From the UHGV virus genome UHGV-0120054: a stretch of 10,308 nt of DNA; one strand, 5' to 3'. This DNA comes from a virus. How positions within the stretch are numbered: position 1 is the stretch's first letter; each line of letters begins with the position of its first letter. Under the pieces are notes generated by a model that was not told the DNA's origin, ran no database searches, and worked only from the letters and a program-made list of their open reading frames with translations. Positions 7,585 through 10,308 of the stretch are shown here, one piece after another. A program made the position numbers and the translations under genes.

Positions 7585-8456
7585 CCGGTACGGCAGGCAC
7601 GACTATCTCGAATGGTTCTGCACGGGATAAAAACGGCATTATCTGGAATTTTCCAGCGAGTGTAGCGATCGGCGTTGATGGTACTGTGCTGGTGACGGCC
7701 ACATGTGCGAATAGCGGTTCGGTTGCGGCGCTGGCCGGGACTATTACCACTATCAACACCCCGACCCGAGGTTGGGTGTCGGTAACCAATCCTGCTGCAG
7801 CCACTGTGGGCACTCCGGCAGAAACTGATGCGGAGTTACGTATCCGCCAGTCGCAAAGTGTTGCGTTGCCATCAATAACCCCATTTGAAGCACTGGATGG
7901 TGCTGTTTCTAATGTTACCGGTGTAACCCGCCACAAACTCTATGAAAACGATACTGGTTCGGAGGACGGTAACGGGTTACCGCCACACTCTGTTGCTGTA
8001 ATTGTGGATGGCGGTGATGTGACGGATATTGCTCAGGCTATCAGAGGAAATAAAGGCCAGGGGACAGCCACTCACGGTACAACATCCGTTACGGTTCCGG
8101 ATAAATACGGCAATCCCCATGTAATCAAATTCTCGCGTTCCAGTGATGTGCCTGTTTATGCCCGGATTAAATTAAAAGTTTTTACGGGTTATACCTCACA
8201 GATAGGGCAGCAGATCCAGCAGGCTATTTCCGACTATATCAATAGTCTGACGATTGGTGATTCGGTCCTTTTAAGTCGCATTTACTCACCGGCGAATCTT
8301 GGCGTGGTGAGTGGCGGGAATGCACGCTATTACGATATTCAGGAACTGACGATTGGGAAATCCCCGGGGGCTTTGTCGTCATCAAACATTGATATCAGAT
8401 ACAACGAATCTGCGTCCTGTACCCCGGAAAATATCGTTATAACGGTGGAGTCATGA
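7569..8456 (+). pseudogene. baseplate J-like (gp47 / P2 gpJ family) gene, 5'-truncated
   Basis: Open frame of 296 codons starting inside the end of the capsid gene and containing no ATG at all. First possible start is GTG at 7686 with no convincing SD. Conserved J-family motif AETDAELRIRQSQS. No sheath, tube, tape-measure or other baseplate genes lie between capsid and this frame. Confidence 0.7.
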
Positions 8457-9133
8457 GCAAATACACCGAACTAATCACGAACTACCACGTCACCAAACCT
8501 AAATTTCTTGCACATGTTGATCTGATGACCCGGCCGCTTATTGATGTTGCGGCTGCCACCAGAGGGCTGATTACTGCATTTGATATTGACTCTGCGGTTG
8601 GTGTGCAACTTGACATTCTGGGATTGTGGATCGGGCGTAGCCGTGTTGTCAGCCAGCCTATCTCAGGTGTCTATTTCAGCTGGGATACCGACGGGCTTGG
8701 ATATGATCAGGGGGTATGGCAGGGGCCATATGATCCTGATTCCGGATACATGTATCTCAGCGATGAAACTTATCGTGTCATTCTTAAAGCGAAGATTGCG
8801 ATTAATAACTGGGACGGACGGAATGATTCGCTTCCAGCAATTCTTGACGCTGCAACAGCAGGATCCGGGCTGCGAATGCAGATAGTCGATAACCAGGACA
8901 TGACGATATCGGTCTGGGTCTTTCCTGATACTGATATTTCAGATGTATCGCGTGAGTTAATTGCGGCAATTAAACAGGGGTATCTCACAGTAAAAGCCGC
9001 CGGGGTGTGGGCAGGTGGCATTGAAACACCTTCGGTGGAAACCCCATCGGAAGGCTCAAATTTTTTTGGTTTTGATATGGATAATGAATTCATCAGTGGT
9101 TTTGATGTAGGAGCATGGGGAGTATTACTCTGA
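8453..9133 (+). CDS. gpI-like baseplate or tail protein (DUF2612-like)
   Basis: 226-aa ORF. ATG overlaps the J-like stop (ATGA at 8453-8456). Position between baseplate J and the tail fibre matches P2 gpI / Mu gp48 / e14 YmfQ-type proteins. Confidence 0.55.
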   Translation: MSKYTELITNYHVTKPKFLAHVDLMTRPLIDVAAATRGLITAFDIDSAVGVQLDILGLWIGRSRVVSQPISGVYFSWDTDGLGYDQGVWQGPYDPDSGYMYLSDETYRVILKAKIAINNWDGRNDSLPAILDAATAGSGLRMQIVDNQDMTISVWVFPDTDISDVSRELIAAIKQGYLTVKAAGVWAGGIETPSVETPSEGSNFFGFDMDNEFISGFDVGAWGVLL

Positions 9134-9933
9134 TGGCGAAAAATGACTTTAAAGCGTTTGCAACGGATCGAAATGCCAATGTTATGTCGCAGGAGGAATG
9201 GGAAGCGTTGCCTGCGCTTTTATCCGGATTTACAGCAGGGAAAGCATCCAGTGCGCAAGTCAATAAGGTTATTCGGCAGGCCAGCTTTATTACTGCAGCT
9301 CTGGCCCAGTTTGTAAGTGACAAAACGCAACGGGATGTGCTTGATAATGGTGATCTGCCCGGTTTTGTTGAATTGCTGGGATCGGGGTTTGCTGTTGAAT
9401 ACCTGAGTCGCAAGAATCCGTTTGGCGATATCAAATCGGATGGCACGGTGAAAACGGCTCTCGAAAACCTTGGTTTGGGAGAAGGCTCTGCATTACCTGT
9501 TGGTGTGCCTGTTCCATGGCCTTCAGCCACACCGCCAACAGGCTGGCTGAAATGCAACGGTGCGGCTTTTTCTTCTGAAAAGTACCCAAATCTGGCAAAG
9601 GTTTACCCAACGTTAAAATTACCTGATTTACGCGGTGAGTTTATCCGTGGTTGGGATGATGGGCGAGGTGTGGATGCGGGAAGGGTCATCTTAAGCATAC
9701 AGGGGTGGTTAACAGGAAGTCATTATCATAATATTCGGTCATGGGACGCGTGGGATAACACGGTATTGGTGCCAAATGACAGAGGGGGGGATAGTCTGTT
9801 GTCTACAGATAACGCCGTCCAAGAAGGAGCGATTAATGGTAAATTTACCAGTCAATACAGAACGGAGTTTTCAGGGGGAAATGAAACCCGCCCACGTAAC
9901 ATCGCCTTCAATTATATTGTGAGAGCTGCATAA
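9133..9933 (+). CDS. tail fibre protein with a C-terminal phage tail-collar domain
   Basis: Open frame runs from ATG 9115, but ATG 9133 is the better start: it overlaps the upstream stop (TGATG) and has GGGGAG 10 nt upstream. Tail-collar signature [33 protein letters not shown]…[17 protein letters not shown]. Confidence 0.8.
   Translation: MAKNDFKAFATDRNANVMSQEEWEALPALLSGFTAGKASSAQVNKVIRQASFITAALAQFVSDKTQRDVLDNGDLPGFVELLGSGFAVEYLSRKNPFGDIKSDGTVKTALENLGLGEGSALPVGVPVPWPSATPPTGWLKCNGAAFSSEKYPNLAKVYPTLKLPDLRGEFIRGWDDGRGVDAGRVILSIQGWLTGSHYHNIRSWDAWDNTVLVPNDRGGDSLLSTDNAVQEGAINGKFTSQYRTEFSGGNETRPRNIAFNYIVRAA
9458..9483. other. Gin/Hin/Cin/Pin-type serine-invertase crossover site inside the tail-fibre gene
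   Basis: CTCTCGAAAACC-TT-GGTTTGGGAGAA: an imperfect dyad with the AAACC-NN-GGTTT core. Matches hixL/gixL-type sites at about 10 of 12 positions per half-site (consensus quoted from memory). Falls at tail-fibre codons ~109-117 (ALENLGLGE). Confidence 0.6.
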
Positions 9934-10308
9934 TGAATAACGCGATATTAAATAATGACCTTATTGCCGTACAGGCGGGAAACGTCATCGTTTATAACTA
10001 TGATGGTGAGACGCGGGAATATATTTCCGAATCAACTGAATATCTTGCTGTGGGTGTTGGTATTCCGGCATGTTCCTGTTTAGAGGCTCCTGGTACACAT
10101 AAGGATGGTTATTCAATTTGCCGCTCTGTGGATTTAAATTCATGGGAATATGTGCCGGACCATCGCGGTGAAATTGTCTTTAGCACCGAAACAGGAGAAT
10201 CAAAAGAAATCACAGCACCGGGTGATTACCCTGATAATACAACCACTCTCGCACCGTTAACGCCATACGATAAATGGGATGGTGAGAAATGGGTGACAGA
10301 TACTGAGA
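9933..10308 (+). CDS. tail fibre assembly protein (Tfa, Caudo_TAP family), 3'-partial
   Basis: ATG at 9933 overlaps the tail-fibre stop (TAATG). The frame is open for 125 codons to the window end, so it is absent from the ORF track. Tfa-like motifs DHRGEIVF and KWDGEKWV. Confidence 0.8.
   Translation, partial: MNNAILNNDLIAVQAGNVIVYNYDGETREYISESTEYLAVGVGIPACSCLEAPGTHKDGYSICRSVDLNSWEYVPDHRGEIVFSTETGESKEITAPGDYPDNTTTLAPLTPYDKWDGEKWVTDTE

Noticed and set aside
6544-7936. Antisense ORFs across the small head protein, capsid and J-like genes (6544-6735, 6818-7009, 6891-7094, 7110-7307, 7505-7936, all minus)
   Set aside because: Shadow ORFs opposite conserved structural genes.
9060-9110. Direct repeat GGTTTTGAT twice, about 30 bp apart
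   Set aside because: Lies within coding sequence and simply encodes a repeated G-F-D tripeptide. Too short to call a repeat element or recombination site.
8580-9557. Nested and antisense ORFs in the tail genes (8580-8885 plus, 8770-9093 minus, 9093-9557 minus)
   Set aside because: Overlap the gpI-like and tail-fibre genes, which have coupled starts and recognisable domains.
1-10308. CRISPR array, tRNA or rRNA genes, IS or transposon ends, integrase or att site
   Set aside because: No direct-repeat/spacer periodicity, no cloverleaf-like or rRNA-like segments, and no transposase- or integrase-like ORFs were seen. The window appears to be interior to the prophage.

Overview
This window is the late-gene region of a mosaic temperate phage integrated as a prophage, read almost entirely on the + strand. 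It looks Enterobacteriaceae-like, though that is inference from composition and remembered homology. In order it carries: the 3' end of an upstream gene and two tandem intrinsic terminators; a KilA-N protein with a co-translated 85-aa partner; a low-GC antisense moron encoding a small acidic protein; terminase small and large subunits; a short ORF where the portal gene should be; a MuF-like head morphogenesis protein; a putative scaffold, a small head protein and a major capsid protein; a baseplate-J-like frame with no ATG; a gpI-like tail protein; a tail fibre with a tail-collar domain; and the start of a tail-fibre assembly gene. The prophage appears defective: no full-length portal is present and all tail sheath, tube, tape-measure and baseplate genes are missing between the capsid gene and the baseplate-J remnant. 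The most distinctive sequence-level signal is a 26-bp Gin/Pin-type invertase crossover site inside the tail-fibre gene, which predicts an invertible host-range segment continuing past the window end. I found no CRISPR array, tRNA, rRNA or IS element, and no clear novel multi-gene defence system. The best candidates for uncharacterised function are the antisense moron (1437-1673) and the KilA-N pair. All protein-family calls are from motif recognition by eye, not database searches.
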